Source: a virus | Lineage: Duplodnaviria; Caudoviricetes | DNA length: 64,000 nucleotides | IMG/VR virus record: IMGVR_UViG_2926528486_000004 | Span: 885-64,884 of that record | Strand: one strand, 5' to 3' | Shown here: piece after piece, positions 53,664 to 63,028 of the stretch | How the letters are laid out: each line of letters opens with the position of its first letter | How positions within the stretch are numbered: the stretch's first letter is position 1 | Made by a program: the position numbers and the translations under genes | Notes under the pieces: generated by a model | The model's input: only the letters and a program-made list of their open reading frames with translations | Databases searched by the model: none | What the model was told of the DNA's origin: nothing

Positions 53664-53894
53664 ACGAAACAAGTCGGAAGGTGCTTACTTCGGGACCGAC
53701 GCCTTGAGCAAGGACTTACGCAGCAACAACTGTCTGAGCGAACGGGAGTCTATGTAAAAACGATTAGTGACTATGAAAACGGTCGCTTCATTTTAAAAGT
53801 ACCAACCGCAAAGGCCCTCGCCGATTCTCTCGGTTGCCGTATCGAGGACCTATACGAATGGTTGCCCGAAGATAAGTCGTCACGCAACGGGTAA
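53664..53894 (+). CDS. XRE-family HTH regulator with apparent ACG start (not in ORF track)
   Basis: GAGGTG RBS 7 nt before ACG; KQVGRCLLRDRRLEQGLTQQQLSERTGVYVKTISDYENGR...LADSLGCRIEDLYEW. Confidence 0.75.
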   Translation, partial: TKQVGRCLLRDRRLEQGLTQQQLSERTGVYVKTISDYENGRFILKVPTAKALADSLGCRIEDLYEWLPEDKSSRNG

Positions 53895-53899
53895 GCGCG

Positions 53900-54907
53900 T
53901 TACTTACCCAGCGAAGAACTCCGTAGTTTCACGTACAACTCCCGTACACTTTCCGACAATCGAACGCTTTCACGCAACGATTCCTCTCCGTATTTCACCA
54001 ACGCCTCATTCGCATCCTTAAGGCTTCCGCCGTTACTTTCTCTCGCATCGATATACGCATTTCTCAGCCGTACACGCCCGCGCATTGACTTCTCGATCTC
54101 AGCCCGCAACTTTTCGCCAGCCTTGTCGTTATCAGTAGCGATAATTAATTCTTCGACAGCCGACCGTTTGATTTCGTCCGCCTTCCACTCGTTAAAACTT
54201 GCACCGCCAGTTGCAATCGCTGAGTAGCCTGCCTGTCGCCAGCTCATCGCGTCAATTTCTGCTTCACATATTACCGTTTGAGCTGTCGCCAATTCCAGCC
54301 CGTAAACTAGTTCGCGAATAGGAACCGCGCCCCGTTCGTACCAAAACACTTTACCGCGTGTTTTCCGATACTTAACATTCGCCAGCTCGCCGTTTGGCAG
54401 ACGCCAGGGTATTACGACTGCCTGACTCTTCGCATCATATAGCACGCCTGCCTGCCGCTGTATTTCTGCGCTAATGCCCCGCGATTCGAGATACGAATAA
54501 TCCTGCCGATAATCTGCCAACAAGCCGTCTTTCAACGGCTGCCTAACCCACTGAACCTTTAGTCGTATCGGCTTGAGTTTTATATCGGTCGAATCGGTCG
54601 TAAATCCATACGACGCAAGCAAATATTCTTCGACTTCCTCATACGTTTCGTGACGCAAGAATGCGAGTAGCTTGACGATGTTACCGCTGGACCATTCGTC
54701 GTCGTACGAGCCGCTGTCCGACCATGTGCCCGCTGGATAGTCGCCATAGTCCTCGAGTCGCACGAAGAAGCTCGGCGATTTATCATAGCGAAACGGGCTT
54801 GCTGCGATTAGCTTGTCGTTGGACCAGGTCGGTCGCGTCCAGTCGAACTTCTCAAGCTCGCCGCGAATATCGATGTGTAACGATTGTCCGCGAATAATGA
54901 AAGTCAT
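53900..54907 (-). CDS. DNA primase (TOPRIM)
   Basis: SPFRYDKSPSF, YLESRGI, ICEAEIDAMS, IATDNDKAG, KDANE. Confidence 0.9.
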   Translation of the reverse strand: MTFIIRGQSLHIDIRGELEKFDWTRPTWSNDKLIAASPFRYDKSPSFFVRLEDYGDYPAGTWSDSGSYDDEWSSGNIVKLLAFLRHETYEEVEEYLLASYGFTTDSTDIKLKPIRLKVQWVRQPLKDGLLADYRQDYSYLESRGISAEIQRQAGVLYDAKSQAVVIPWRLPNGELANVKYRKTRGKVFWYERGAVPIRELVYGLELATAQTVICEAEIDAMSWRQAGYSAIATGGASFNEWKADEIKRSAVEELIIATDNDKAGEKLRAEIEKSMRGRVRLRNAYIDARESNGGSLKDANEALVKYGEESLRESVRLSESVRELYVKLRSSSLGK

Positions 54908-54990
54908 GCCGTTCGTCCTCCTTCGTTTTACCTAAAATTATACAATATCGTAGTAATTTTCGTAATAGTCCAAAATTTAACAAATGCGCG

Positions 54991-56376
54991 CTAGAAATCG
55001 AAATGCTTTGCGGCCGCCTCTCCGCTGTCCATTTCGCGAACAATTCCGTAGTTAGGCAAATAAAGCACGCTCACTTTAGTTCCTTCGCCACCGTTACGTC
55101 CTTTGCCGATTTCGATAATACCTTCACCGTCCAGCGAATCAATGCCGAAAGTGTTTGTCGCGTCCTCAAGGACTGCTTTCGTTTTCTTTATTTCTGACCG
55201 TTTGGGCGCACGCAACTCACGATTTCCGTCCTCGTCTGTCTCATCGCGAACCTCTTCCGCCTGCGTAATAATATGCATGGTCACGCCAGTTTGACCCGCA
55301 AGTCTACGCAGCTTTTTCGAAGTATTAGCGACGTCGCCGCCGGCAGTCTTGCTCGTATTTGCTTCATAGTCCATCAAATAAATTGGATCGACGAGCACAA
55401 CGTCAGCCTTTGTCGCATGTATATCCGCTTCAAGCTGGCTGATACCTCGTTTATAAAAGTCGACGTCATCTGCTGCACGAAGGGTAATGTTGCCCGCCAG
55501 GTGTTCCCCTTCCGCCATTTGCATCAGAAATACTTCGAGTCCTGCTTCGAACTCATCCGATAACTTTCCGGTTATCAGTTGCTTATTCTCGAAGCCGACT
55601 TCGTAATCAGTCCCGTCAATCATATCAACCGCAATGCCAGCGCGAGCACTAATCGACGAGTATGCGCGTGCCATCCATTCGAATCGCGACATTTCCATCG
55701 CCCATACAAGCACGTTCGCACCTTGCGCAGCAGCTTCTACTATCTCTTCCATCGTAAAAATGGATTTACCGCGACCTGACCGCCCGTACCACGTGAACAT
55801 GTTTCCGCTTAAATAGCCGCCAATCTGTTCGTTAATGCTCGGAAACTTCGAACGCCATATCTTAAATGACTCGCCAGCCTTGCGTTTCCGATATTCATCG
55901 AGGAAGGAACTACCGTCAGATTTGACGTCCGTTCCCACCTTAGATAGAACATTTGTTCCTATTATAGCCTGTTCTGTTTTTTCACGCAATAGTTTTAAGA
56001 CTTCGGCACCGTCGGAATTTTCTTTTATAGTCCGTTCTAACCAGCCGGGTTTATTCTTCTCGCTTTCTTCGCGTGTTCCGTTAATTAGATCGGTCAGCCA
56101 CGTTAAAGCAGTGTGACCTTTTATTTCCCGTACTAAAAATTCGTAACTGTCTCCGATTTGTGGCGCATACCATCTTGCAAAGTCCGGTATCTTTGCCGCA
56201 ACAACTTCCGAGCCAGGCGATTGACCGCGATTCTGCTCGGCATAGTCACGGACAAATCGGAAGACTTCTCGCTCGCCGTCAGACGGAAAGTCGCGTTCAG
56301 TGATGCCGTAGCGAGTGAGTGCTGCCGGATCGTTGCCGTCGATGACTTTCGATAATAAAAATGTTCCGTATTGCAA
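54991..56376 (-). CDS. DnaB-like replicative helicase
   Basis: GRSGRGKS Walker A, AMEM, LVDPIYLM, ITQA, KGRNG. Confidence 0.9.
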   Translation of the reverse strand: MQYGTFLLSKVIDGNDPAALTRYGITERDFPSDGEREVFRFVRDYAEQNRGQSPGSEVVAAKIPDFARWYAPQIGDSYEFLVREIKGHTALTWLTDLINGTREESEKNKPGWLERTIKENSDGAEVLKLLREKTEQAIIGTNVLSKVGTDVKSDGSSFLDEYRKRKAGESFKIWRSKFPSINEQIGGYLSGNMFTWYGRSGRGKSIFTMEEIVEAAAQGANVLVWAMEMSRFEWMARAYSSISARAGIAVDMIDGTDYEVGFENKQLITGKLSDEFEAGLEVFLMQMAEGEHLAGNITLRAADDVDFYKRGISQLEADIHATKADVVLVDPIYLMDYEANTSKTAGGDVANTSKKLRRLAGQTGVTMHIITQAEEVRDETDEDGNRELRAPKRSEIKKTKAVLEDATNTFGIDSLDGEGIIEIGKGRNGGEGTKVSVLYLPNYGIVREMDSGEAAAKHFDF

Positions 56377-56419
56377 AAGCGTTCGCCTCCCTTAATTAAC
56401 AATTTCTATCTTTTGTTTC

Positions 56420-56764
56420 TCAAATATCCTGTAGTTCAAGCATCCTGTCCCTTGTCTGTTTTATAAATGTCTTCCATTCTTCACACATAGATCCACCGTT
56501 TTCAAATAAATCATTTAAGCAATAACCTGCAAACAGTTGCAATTCAGCATGGGATATTTCGTACTTTTTTAACCGTTCAATTTCTTTTTGCTCTTTTTCA
56601 GCTAAATCGATTAAATATGGAACAAATTTTGTGCTGCCAGAGTTCCACTCCTCTTTACACTCAGCTAAGTCATCTTTCCATTCATCTAAATCTTTAATTC
56701 TCTCCTCCAAATTAACTCCTCCTACCTTGTATTTATTAATAAATATAATTGTCTGACTTTTCAT
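56420..56764 (-). CDS. Hypothetical protein (AT-rich insert)
   Basis: ORF track; likely TTG start at LEERIK after AGGAGG. Confidence 0.55.
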   Translation of the reverse strand: MKSQTIIFINKYKVGGVNLEERIKDLDEWKDDLAECKEEWNSGSTKFVPYLIDLAEKEQKEIERLKKYEISHAELQLFAGYCLNDLFENGGSMCEEWKTFIKQTRDRMLELQDI

Positions 56765-56832
56765 ATTTCGACATTTTTTCTATATTCATTGTGTTAATAT
56801 CCTAACAAATACATACAAATGGGGGTGAAAAA

Positions 56833-56952
56833 ATGAAAAAATGGATTGCTACAGCATTTTTAACTTCTGCACTTATTTTAGGTATGTCCTCACTTGCACA
56901 TGCTGATAAAAAAGTTGAAGTAATAAAAGCTGCCCATTATGAGAATAAATAA
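56833..56952 (+). CDS. Orphan secreted signalling-type peptide (39 aa; not in ORF track)
   Basis: GGGGGTG RBS; MKKWIATAFLTSALILGMSSLAHA|DKKVEVIKAAHYENK*: Sec signal with AxA site plus 15-aa mature part. Confidence 0.75.
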   Translation: MKKWIATAFLTSALILGMSSLAHADKKVEVIKAAHYENK

Positions 56953-57066
56953 TCGACCTGAATATCCTTTGCCTAACCAGTTTGCTTTTGAGCCTCTATG
57001 GCTCTTTTTTTCGCTACAAAATTTACACAATGAGTTTCCTTCAAGGAAAATGTTCTATCATTAAGT

Positions 57067-57267
57067 TCACTTATTTGCTTTGGTCTTTTCTTCAATCCTG
57101 CGTGCTTCAGCTCGTAATTGCATTGCTTTTGTTCGGAGTCTTCCTACCCTATCATACTCACCCTTCAAAGCAGCTTGCTTTGATCGAGACTCCCAAAGAC
57201 CAGCCCTATCGTGCAGTTTGCTCACTTTTTTGCTCACCGACTTATTCACCTCTTTGCTAGGAAACAT
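57067..57267 (-). CDS. Small basic helical protein
   Basis: ORF track. Confidence 0.5.
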   Translation of the reverse strand: MFPSKEVNKSVSKKVSKLHDRAGLWESRSKQAALKGEYDRVGRLRTKAMQLRAEARRIEEKTKANK

Positions 57268-57284
57268 TTTGCTTTTCGTGTTTA

Positions 57285-57455
57285 TCAGCCCTCGTTTAAT
57301 TCAAATGTAATGATTCCCCAAAGTCCGGCATCCTGATACCATTCAAAACTGCTTTGAAATGCTCGTTTATATCCTTGTTTATCAAGCTCGTTCATTCGAT
57401 CAGCTAATTCAGAAGGTGTAAGACCAGAAACATTTAAAACAATGAACTTTTCCAT
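57285..57455 (-). CDS. 56-aa hypothetical protein (not in ORF track)
   Basis: GGGAGG RBS; MEKFIVLNVSGLTPSELADRMNELDKQGY... Confidence 0.55.
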   Translation of the reverse strand: MEKFIVLNVSGLTPSELADRMNELDKQGYKRAFQSSFEWYQDAGLWGIITFELNEG

Positions 57456-57480
57456 GTTAGATCCTCCCTAGTAATCGTTA

Positions 57481-57996
57481 TTACTCTTGTGTTTCGCTAA
57501 CCTTCCGCAACTCCGCGTCAATCTCCGCTATCCTCTCGCCAGCATCCAGCGCATCACTCGCCGCATACCATCTGCGCATGTCCAGCAAGTTATCGATTTG
57601 CGCCGCCTGCTCCTTCGCTTTCCTCTTGCGATCAGCCACTTCCTTTGCGCTAATCTCACGCGCAGTCGGCTTCGGTAGCTCTTTCGGCTTGCGTCCGCCA
57701 TTTCCGAAATCTCCAAACATATAGAACATCGATAATCCCTCCGTTTCAATTAGTTGTGGCGGATTGGCTCGCAGATATTCGTCCGCCTGCCCTGCGTCTG
57801 CAACTAGCGTCAAATCAACCTCATCTGCGATAAGGAATTCGCCATTATCGACGGAAGTCACTTCGTAATACAAATCGGCAAACTCGACTTCGGGCGAATA
57901 GTAGTAGCTGTCCGTATATGCGTCGATTTGAAAGATGCGCTGACCGTAGCCCGCAACTGTGACTAGGTCGCCGAAATAGAAGTCCGGCTTATTCAT
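57481..57996 (-). CDS. Hypothetical phage protein (SH3-like N-terminus, IDEAL-like C-terminus)
   Basis: FYFGDLVTV.GY..RIF; IDNLLD. Confidence 0.6.
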   Translation of the reverse strand: MNKPDFYFGDLVTVAGYGQRIFQIDAYTDSYYYSPEVEFADLYYEVTSVDNGEFLIADEVDLTLVADAGQADEYLRANPPQLIETEGLSMFYMFGDFGNGGRKPKELPKPTAREISAKEVADRKRKAKEQAAQIDNLLDMRRWYAASDALDAGERIAEIDAELRKVSETQE

Positions 57997-58237
57997 TGAC
58001 TGGCTCCTTGTCGTCGTTATACGTTATTATAAATTCCGTTGTATCGTCGTTTACCGGACAATCCAAGCATTGCAATAAACCTGAATAGTCTCCGTCATAT
58101 ATATAGTAAGTTTCGCTTCCGCACCTAGGGCAGTATTCCCAATAATGAACGTCCTTTGCCTTGAATGTGTAAAAGTATTTTCGTTTCATCTTCGCAACCC
58201 CCTTTTCGACTCTCCCACAAACGTCTGCACTCCGCAC
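57989..58237 (-). CDS. Zn-ribbon protein
   Basis: CPRCG...CLDC; true start probably MKRKY. Confidence 0.55.
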   Translation of the reverse strand: MRSADVCGRVEKGVAKMKRKYFYTFKAKDVHYWEYCPRCGSETYYIYDGDYSGLLQCLDCPVNDDTTEFIITYNDDKEPVNE

Positions 58238-58995
58238 TGTTCGTTTATCCTATCCGGCAACCTCTCTTCGCCAAACACGTCGACCAAATCGTACGGCTCC
58301 GTATCTCCTTCGACCCGTTTTCCCGTATAAAATATCGGCAAATTCGACGTATAGACTGTCGGCATCTGATTCGTCACGCGATGATTGACGACCGCATGAA
58401 GGTCCGAGCGAAATCCATCCGTGCTCCCTCGTACGCCTAAATCGTCCAGTACCGCAAATGGCGCATGCTTGGCTCGTTCCATAGCGAGGTAATACCGCTT
58501 AGATGCCGCCTCTGCAATGACGTCAGGTACGCGCGCACGATTGAATTGGTTGTAGTCCGTCTGCCATTCGTTGACGTCGAGGAAATATGCCGGACGCTGT
58601 GCCGGTTGCAGTCCTCGCTGAATTGATCCGAGATAATGGACGGTCAGCCATTCGTTGAGTATCGCAGCCGCCGTCGTCGTCTTGCCCGTGCCTGGGCTTT
58701 CGCTTTTTAAATACAGCGACTTGACGCGCTCACCTTCGTTAAATTGACGCTCAAATGTCGCAATATATGCGTATACATTTTTGTATACATTCGTCTGTGA
58801 CTCGCGCGCTGGCGAATTAGCAACCGTAACCAGGCGATAATCTGCCGGCACGCCTGCCGCTGCTGCTCGACCGCCTGCGCCCGATTTGCCGTGGATAGCA
58901 ATAAAATGCGGGCATGTCGATTTACATTCGGCTGAGTTAGCGAGCTTGCATTCGGATGATAATAGGCAGCGACTGGCGTGCGAATTATTAGTCAA
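58186..58995 (-). CDS. DnaC/IstB-like helicase loader ATPase
   Basis: PGTGKTT, VLDDLG, TVYTSN, DRI, GESKR. Confidence 0.88.
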   Translation of the reverse strand: MTNNSHASRCLLSSECKLANSAECKSTCPHFIAIHGKSGAGGRAAAAGVPADYRLVTVANSPARESQTNVYKNVYAYIATFERQFNEGERVKSLYLKSESPGTGKTTTAAAILNEWLTVHYLGSIQRGLQPAQRPAYFLDVNEWQTDYNQFNRARVPDVIAEAASKRYYLAMERAKHAPFAVLDDLGVRGSTDGFRSDLHAVVNHRVTNQMPTVYTSNLPIFYTGKRVEGDTEPYDLVDVFGEERLPDRINEQCGVQTFVGESKRGLRR

Positions 58996-59213
58996 TATGG
59001 CGCACCTCCCACTTTTTCATCTGACGTGCAGGCGACGAGTGCAGCAATGCTTCCAGTCACCATAATAACGATAAAAACTGTCGGGCCATACGTTGGATGT
59101 ATCATAATAGCCAGTCGGCCTAGCCAATAAAATGCAGCAAACGCCATCACTAGCGCGCAAACGATTCCGTTAAAAAATGCCCACGCTATAAAAAAAGTTC
59201 TTACCTTATTCAA
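58992..59213 (-). CDS. Small membrane protein
   Basis: Two TM segments. Confidence 0.55.
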   Translation of the reverse strand: MNKVRTFFIAWAFFNGIVCALVMAFAAFYWLGRLAIMIHPTYGPTVFIVIMVTGSIAALVACTSDEKVGGAPY

Positions 59214-59385
59214 CCCGCCACTCTCCTTCGCGTTCCACTTTAGTCATGCCAACGTTCTTAAATACCGCCGCATGCCCGCCAATCATCTTCGGCTGCAATT
59301 CATCCGCCGTATAGCGTCTGCCTATTACGCTTACGACCGCTGGCGCTCCGTTTGCTATTGCGTTCATTGCTTGCGGTAGATTCAT
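59206..59385 (-). CDS. 59-aa hypothetical protein (not in ORF track)
   Basis: MNLPQAMNAIANG...EGEWRVE*; overlaps neighbours in operon fashion. Confidence 0.5.
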   Translation of the reverse strand: MNLPQAMNAIANGAPAVVSVIGRRYTADELQPKMIGGHAAVFKNVGMTKVEREGEWRVE

Positions 59386-59852
59386 TCGCTATCCCCCTTC
59401 ATAAAAACTAGCCAATGCGTTTTACTTCTGCGATTACCGAATAACGGTTGCTTTCCAATTGCCTTTAAAACGTCGACTAATTTTACTTGATCTTCGTTCC
59501 ATTTAAATATCAACGTTCCATTCGGCTTCAAAACGCGCATGCATTCGTCAAATCCTTGCTTAATATCGTTTGGCCATGTTTCTATATTCAACTTTCCGTA
59601 CTTCTTCGCAAGCCATGATTGATCTCCGGCATTGATTAGATGAGGCGGATCAAAAACAACGAGATAAAAAATTTCGTCATCAAAAGGCATATTACGGAAA
59701 TCAGCAATCACATCTGGTGCAACAATCAATTTACGTCCATCACTCAACGTATCATCAACTTCACGAATATCCATAAAGACCGCATCATCATTTTGCTTAT
59801 CAAACCAAAACATTCGGCTACCGCAACATGCGTCTAATACCCTTTGTTCCAT
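59382..59852 (-). CDS. Class I SAM-dependent (DNA) methyltransferase
   Basis: VLDACCGSRMFW, VVFDPPH, RVLKPNGTLIFKW. Confidence 0.85.
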   Translation of the reverse strand: MEQRVLDACCGSRMFWFDKQNDDAVFMDIREVDDTLSDGRKLIVAPDVIADFRNMPFDDEIFYLVVFDPPHLINAGDQSWLAKKYGKLNIETWPNDIKQGFDECMRVLKPNGTLIFKWNEDQVKLVDVLKAIGKQPLFGNRRSKTHWLVFMKGDSE

Positions 59853-59855
59853 CCG

Positions 59856-60107
59856 TTATTCCTCCCATATGGTATCGTTTTCGTCATACAGTTCGAAAAT
59901 ATACTTCGCGTGACGACGACATTCTACGAAAACATTTGCGGATGCATTAGCGTCATAATCACGATCTTTGATTGTTTCAACCGCTTGTTTTAGTACGTAG
60001 TTAGCCTCCGCCTCTAACTCCGCCGCTTTTGCTATCCGATGAAATTCCGGCGTGCATGTCGTTAATCCTTTTACGCTAATCATTCCGCCACCTCTATTCC
60101 GTCCCAC
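59856..60107 (-). CDS. Hypothetical protein
   Basis: ORF track; operon packing. Confidence 0.5.
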   Translation of the reverse strand: MGRNRGGGMISVKGLTTCTPEFHRIAKAAELEAEANYVLKQAVETIKDRDYDANASANVFVECRRHAKYIFELYDENDTIWEE

Positions 60108-60412
60108 TTCTCGAATGCTTCCGCAGCTTTCTTTTGACTAGCTCTATGTTTCTGTCGCCCTTTATTATCGTTTTCATATCCGATGACCTCGTTTATCGCC
60201 ATACGGATGTAGTCGTAATTCCATTCTTTTTCGCCGTAGTTCGAACATCCTGTACCTATTTGGTTAAACCTTTCGCGCCCAAACCACCCTTTAGCTTTCG
60301 TGTATAATCTGACTTCTACCTTTCCGTAAGCCATACTAGGCCGTATCGACACCAAATACTCGTTACCTTCTACGGAAACAACCGGATACTTTTCGAGGTA
60401 CTTAAAGCTCAT
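60080..60412 (-). CDS. Hypothetical protein
   Basis: ORF track; ends FEKWDG. Confidence 0.55.
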   Translation of the reverse strand: MSFKYLEKYPVVSVEGNEYLVSIRPSMAYGKVEVRLYTKAKGWFGRERFNQIGTGCSNYGEKEWNYDYIRMAINEVIGYENDNKGRQKHRASQKKAAEAFEKWDGIEVAE

Positions 60413-61101
60413 TCTCCGTCAACTCCTTCGCGGGTGTCGTCGATGACCGTAGTTATATCGGTAAGATTATCGTATCTTATAATTCCGTAATCCCTACCGG
60501 TACCTACGTCTAAAAATCCGTATAGATTATTCTGTTGTTTTTCGTTAATTACATAGCGATATTCTCCCTGGCCCTTCCACTGTACAACATCACCAACGCG
60601 AACCTCAGTCGGGTGTGGCGCGTTCAAGTATTCCGCAGGCACTTCGAGTCCTAGCGCTCGTCGCAGTGCGATTGCCTTGCCGATATGAGCGTTGAAGCAG
60701 TCGGACGGCGCGCATTTGGCGATACCGCGATGCTGTACTTTTTCGGTAAATGCCCCTCGTAATAAAGCGACAACTGTACGTTTTTCTTTATTGACAACAA
60801 ACTCTTCGCGGCATACTCTATACGCATATTTACCGCCGTTTAACTCCGCCACATCCTTCTTCGCCTGCTCAACGATTGCGTCGCGATACTCTTGCGGAGT
60901 GATTGGCGTGAGTTTGGCTCTTGCTTTCGCGACATTCCCTCTCATTCTTGCGACTATTTCTAGACTAGATTTCGTGCCTACTCCCGCTATACACTCAAGC
61001 AACTGAAAATCAACGTTATTCTCTAACGGTCCTGCCTCGCACTCAAATCCGCAACTACGTAATTTCTCAACGATTTCTTTTAATGATTTCACTTTGCTCA
61101 T
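60409..61101 (-). CDS. Conserved phage protein
   Basis: GIAKCAPSDCFNAHIGKAIALRRA motif. Confidence 0.65.
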   Translation of the reverse strand: MSKVKSLKEIVEKLRSCGFECEAGPLENNVDFQLLECIAGVGTKSSLEIVARMRGNVAKARAKLTPITPQEYRDAIVEQAKKDVAELNGGKYAYRVCREEFVVNKEKRTVVALLRGAFTEKVQHRGIAKCAPSDCFNAHIGKAIALRRALGLEVPAEYLNAPHPTEVRVGDVVQWKGQGEYRYVINEKQQNNLYGFLDVGTGRDYGIIRYDNLTDITTVIDDTREGVDGE

Positions 61102-61122
61102 TCCGATTCCTCCTCCGTTTTA

Positions 61123-61518
61123 TTAAAGCCAATCCGTCAAATCTTCCTCGCTGACGTCCGCCTGCTGCCCTTTCCTTCGTGCCTCTTGCGCCTTTTCTCG
61201 TTTACCTTCCGCCAGCACTCTCGGCAATACTCGCGCCTTCTGCCACGTAAACATAAACGCAAAGTTTAAGCCGGGATATTCGCGCGTGGGCTTGTATTCC
61301 GCAAAGCATGCGTCGATGAATTGCCGCAGGACTGCCGGACCGTGTTCCGCAAGCATCTGCTTCATGTTGCGTCCTTCCATGCCGTAATTACGAGCGACAT
61401 AATCGATGCCATAACGTTCGACATGCGCATCCTTCAAATACTGCTGAAATGTAGCGACCAGCCAGTCGTCAATCGGGCGATTGCGCCAGTCCTTCGGTTT
61501 AGGCTTCGGTGCTGCCAT
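61123..61518 (-). CDS. Conserved phage replication-region protein
   Basis: DWRNRPIDDW..TFQQYL...YPGLNFAFM; upstream of DnaC-like loader. Confidence 0.6.
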   Translation of the reverse strand: MAAPKPKPKDWRNRPIDDWLVATFQQYLKDAHVERYGIDYVARNYGMEGRNMKQMLAEHGPAVLRQFIDACFAEYKPTREYPGLNFAFMFTWQKARVLPRVLAEGKREKAQEARRKGQQADVSEEDLTDWL

Positions 61519-61521
61519 TTA

Positions 61522-61890
61522 CTAGCGCCTCCTTAACTTCTTGGATAACTCACCCATGACCTCGGTAAGTGTTGCCGATAAATATTCGCGCTCAAGTTTT
61601 TCCGAATATACGTCCGCTTTCTTTAATTCTTCGATTAGTTTAGAATGCATTATTTGTAGGCGCTCAACTTCCGCAATCAACTCGAAAACATCCCGCGTCA
61701 TATCCGGCGTAACTGTATAGCTGTAAAACTCTTCGCCAGTTTTATTAAAGCGTCGGACTGACTCGTCAATCCTGTTCCATTTTCGCTTGATTTCGTCGTG
61801 TTTAATTTCGATCATTCGAAATCGCCCCCATTTGCCGAATAGTCTTGACGTAACCCTCGACTTCTTCATCAGTAAGCGTTCCGAAAGCAT
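61522..61890 (-). CDS. Hypothetical protein
   Basis: ORF track; true start probably MIEIK. Confidence 0.5.
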   Translation of the reverse strand: MLSERLLMKKSRVTSRLFGKWGRFRMIEIKHDEIKRKWNRIDESVRRFNKTGEEFYSYTVTPDMTRDVFELIAEVERLQIMHSKLIEELKKADVYSEKLEREYLSATLTEVMGELSKKLRRR

Positions 61891-62143
61891 CTTCTAACGC
61901 GTTGATTAAATCTTCGTTTTCTTTGCGTTCGATTTCGTCTGCATACCGATTCTTATTTCGTTCACACTCTTCGAATGATGTTTCGAGTATTTTATTTTCC
62001 GCCTGCAACTCCGCAATCGCGTCAAGCAAGGCTGGGATGTCATCGAGTGAATCCGATATAGGTGAGCCAGGCCAATCTTGTTCCTGCGCATAAATAAAGC
62101 GTTGCCTGATTTCCGCCAATTGTTCGTTGGTTAATTTCCGCAT
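61802..62143 (-). CDS. Hypothetical protein
   Basis: LAEIRQR...DIPALLDAI pattern. Confidence 0.55.
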   Translation of the reverse strand: MRKLTNEQLAEIRQRFIYAQEQDWPGSPISDSLDDIPALLDAIAELQAENKILETSFEECERNKNRYADEIERKENEDLINALEDAFGTLTDEEVEGYVKTIRQMGAISNDRN

Positions 62144-62148
62144 CTATA

Positions 62149-62493
62149 TTAAACCTCCTCGTCTTCTTTCCCATTTAGCATAAATCCGAAGTCATTATCG
62201 CGCAACATTCCGTAAAGCACCTTCGCAGTTCGATTGATTAAATCCTCGTCTTGTTCCGCATAGCCCGCCTCGTAAAATATACCGTGCATTATTTCGTGTA
62301 TAAATACCTCCTTAAGTCTCGTACCTTCCAACGTTTCCTCTAACTTAATTACCGCGTCCTTATATACAATCTGCCCGATTAAATCGTGTTGCTCCGCTAA
62401 TTGAGGAACGTGTTTTACCTCGTAAGCTACGCTTCCGATTCGATATTTTCCGACCATGTTACCGTCCTCCTTGTATTTGTATTCGGCGACCAT
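62149..62493 (-). CDS. HExxH metallopeptidase-like protein (ImmA/IrrE-like)
   Basis: EVFIHEIMHGI...E. Confidence 0.65.
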   Translation of the reverse strand: MVAEYKYKEDGNMVGKYRIGSVAYEVKHVPQLAEQHDLIGQIVYKDAVIKLEETLEGTRLKEVFIHEIMHGIFYEAGYAEQDEDLINRTAKVLYGMLRDNDFGFMLNGKEDEEV

Positions 62494-62501
62494 TTGCGCC
62501 T

Positions 62502-62783
62502 CTATTTCGCTGATTCTTCACGGAGTTTTCGGAGTCTATCGCCCGCTGCTTGCCGTTGCTCTTCCGTCATGACTCGCGCCTTCTTCGTCGACACCTGCTT
62601 TTCGGACAGGATGCCGCTGACTGCTTTCGGTGTGATTCCGTCTGCCTCCGTTTCTAAGACGTTTAAAGCCGTTAAGTTAGCGAGTTTCCGCATGTGTTTC
62701 GGGACGGTAGAGTAAACCTTCCACTCGTTCGTTGAAGCTTCGAAAACTAGCGTAGTTTCTTGTTCTTCGCGACTATACGCCAT
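62502..62783 (-). CDS. Conserved hypothetical phage protein
   Basis: EEQETTLVF...W.VYS.VPKH; MTEEQRQ tail. Confidence 0.6.
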   Translation of the reverse strand: MAYSREEQETTLVFEASTNEWKVYSTVPKHMRKLANLTALNVLETEADGITPKAVSGILSEKQVSTKKARVMTEEQRQAAGDRLRKLREESAK

Positions 62784-62971
62784 TATGAACCGCCTCCTAC
62801 GTTTATGCCGTTTTTAACTGCATCATAATCGTCTGCTGCGAAAATTACCTCGCCCGTCGTAAGAGAGATTACAATATTAGAGTTTTTCCCATGAGGCAAT
62901 TCCGCTATTTGAACTATACTTTCAACGCGGATTAGTCGCCTACACCCGTTTACCATACTTACTTCGATCAT
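62783..62971 (-). CDS. Hypothetical protein
   Basis: ORF track; GAGGCGG RBS. Confidence 0.5.
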   Translation of the reverse strand: MIEVSMVNGCRRLIRVESIVQIAELPHGKNSNIVISLTTGEVIFAADDYDAVKNGINVGGGS

Positions 62972-63028
62972 GTTACCGCCTCATTTCCTATATTCTAACG
63001 CCGGTGAATGGCGCCGAATGTATTCGTA

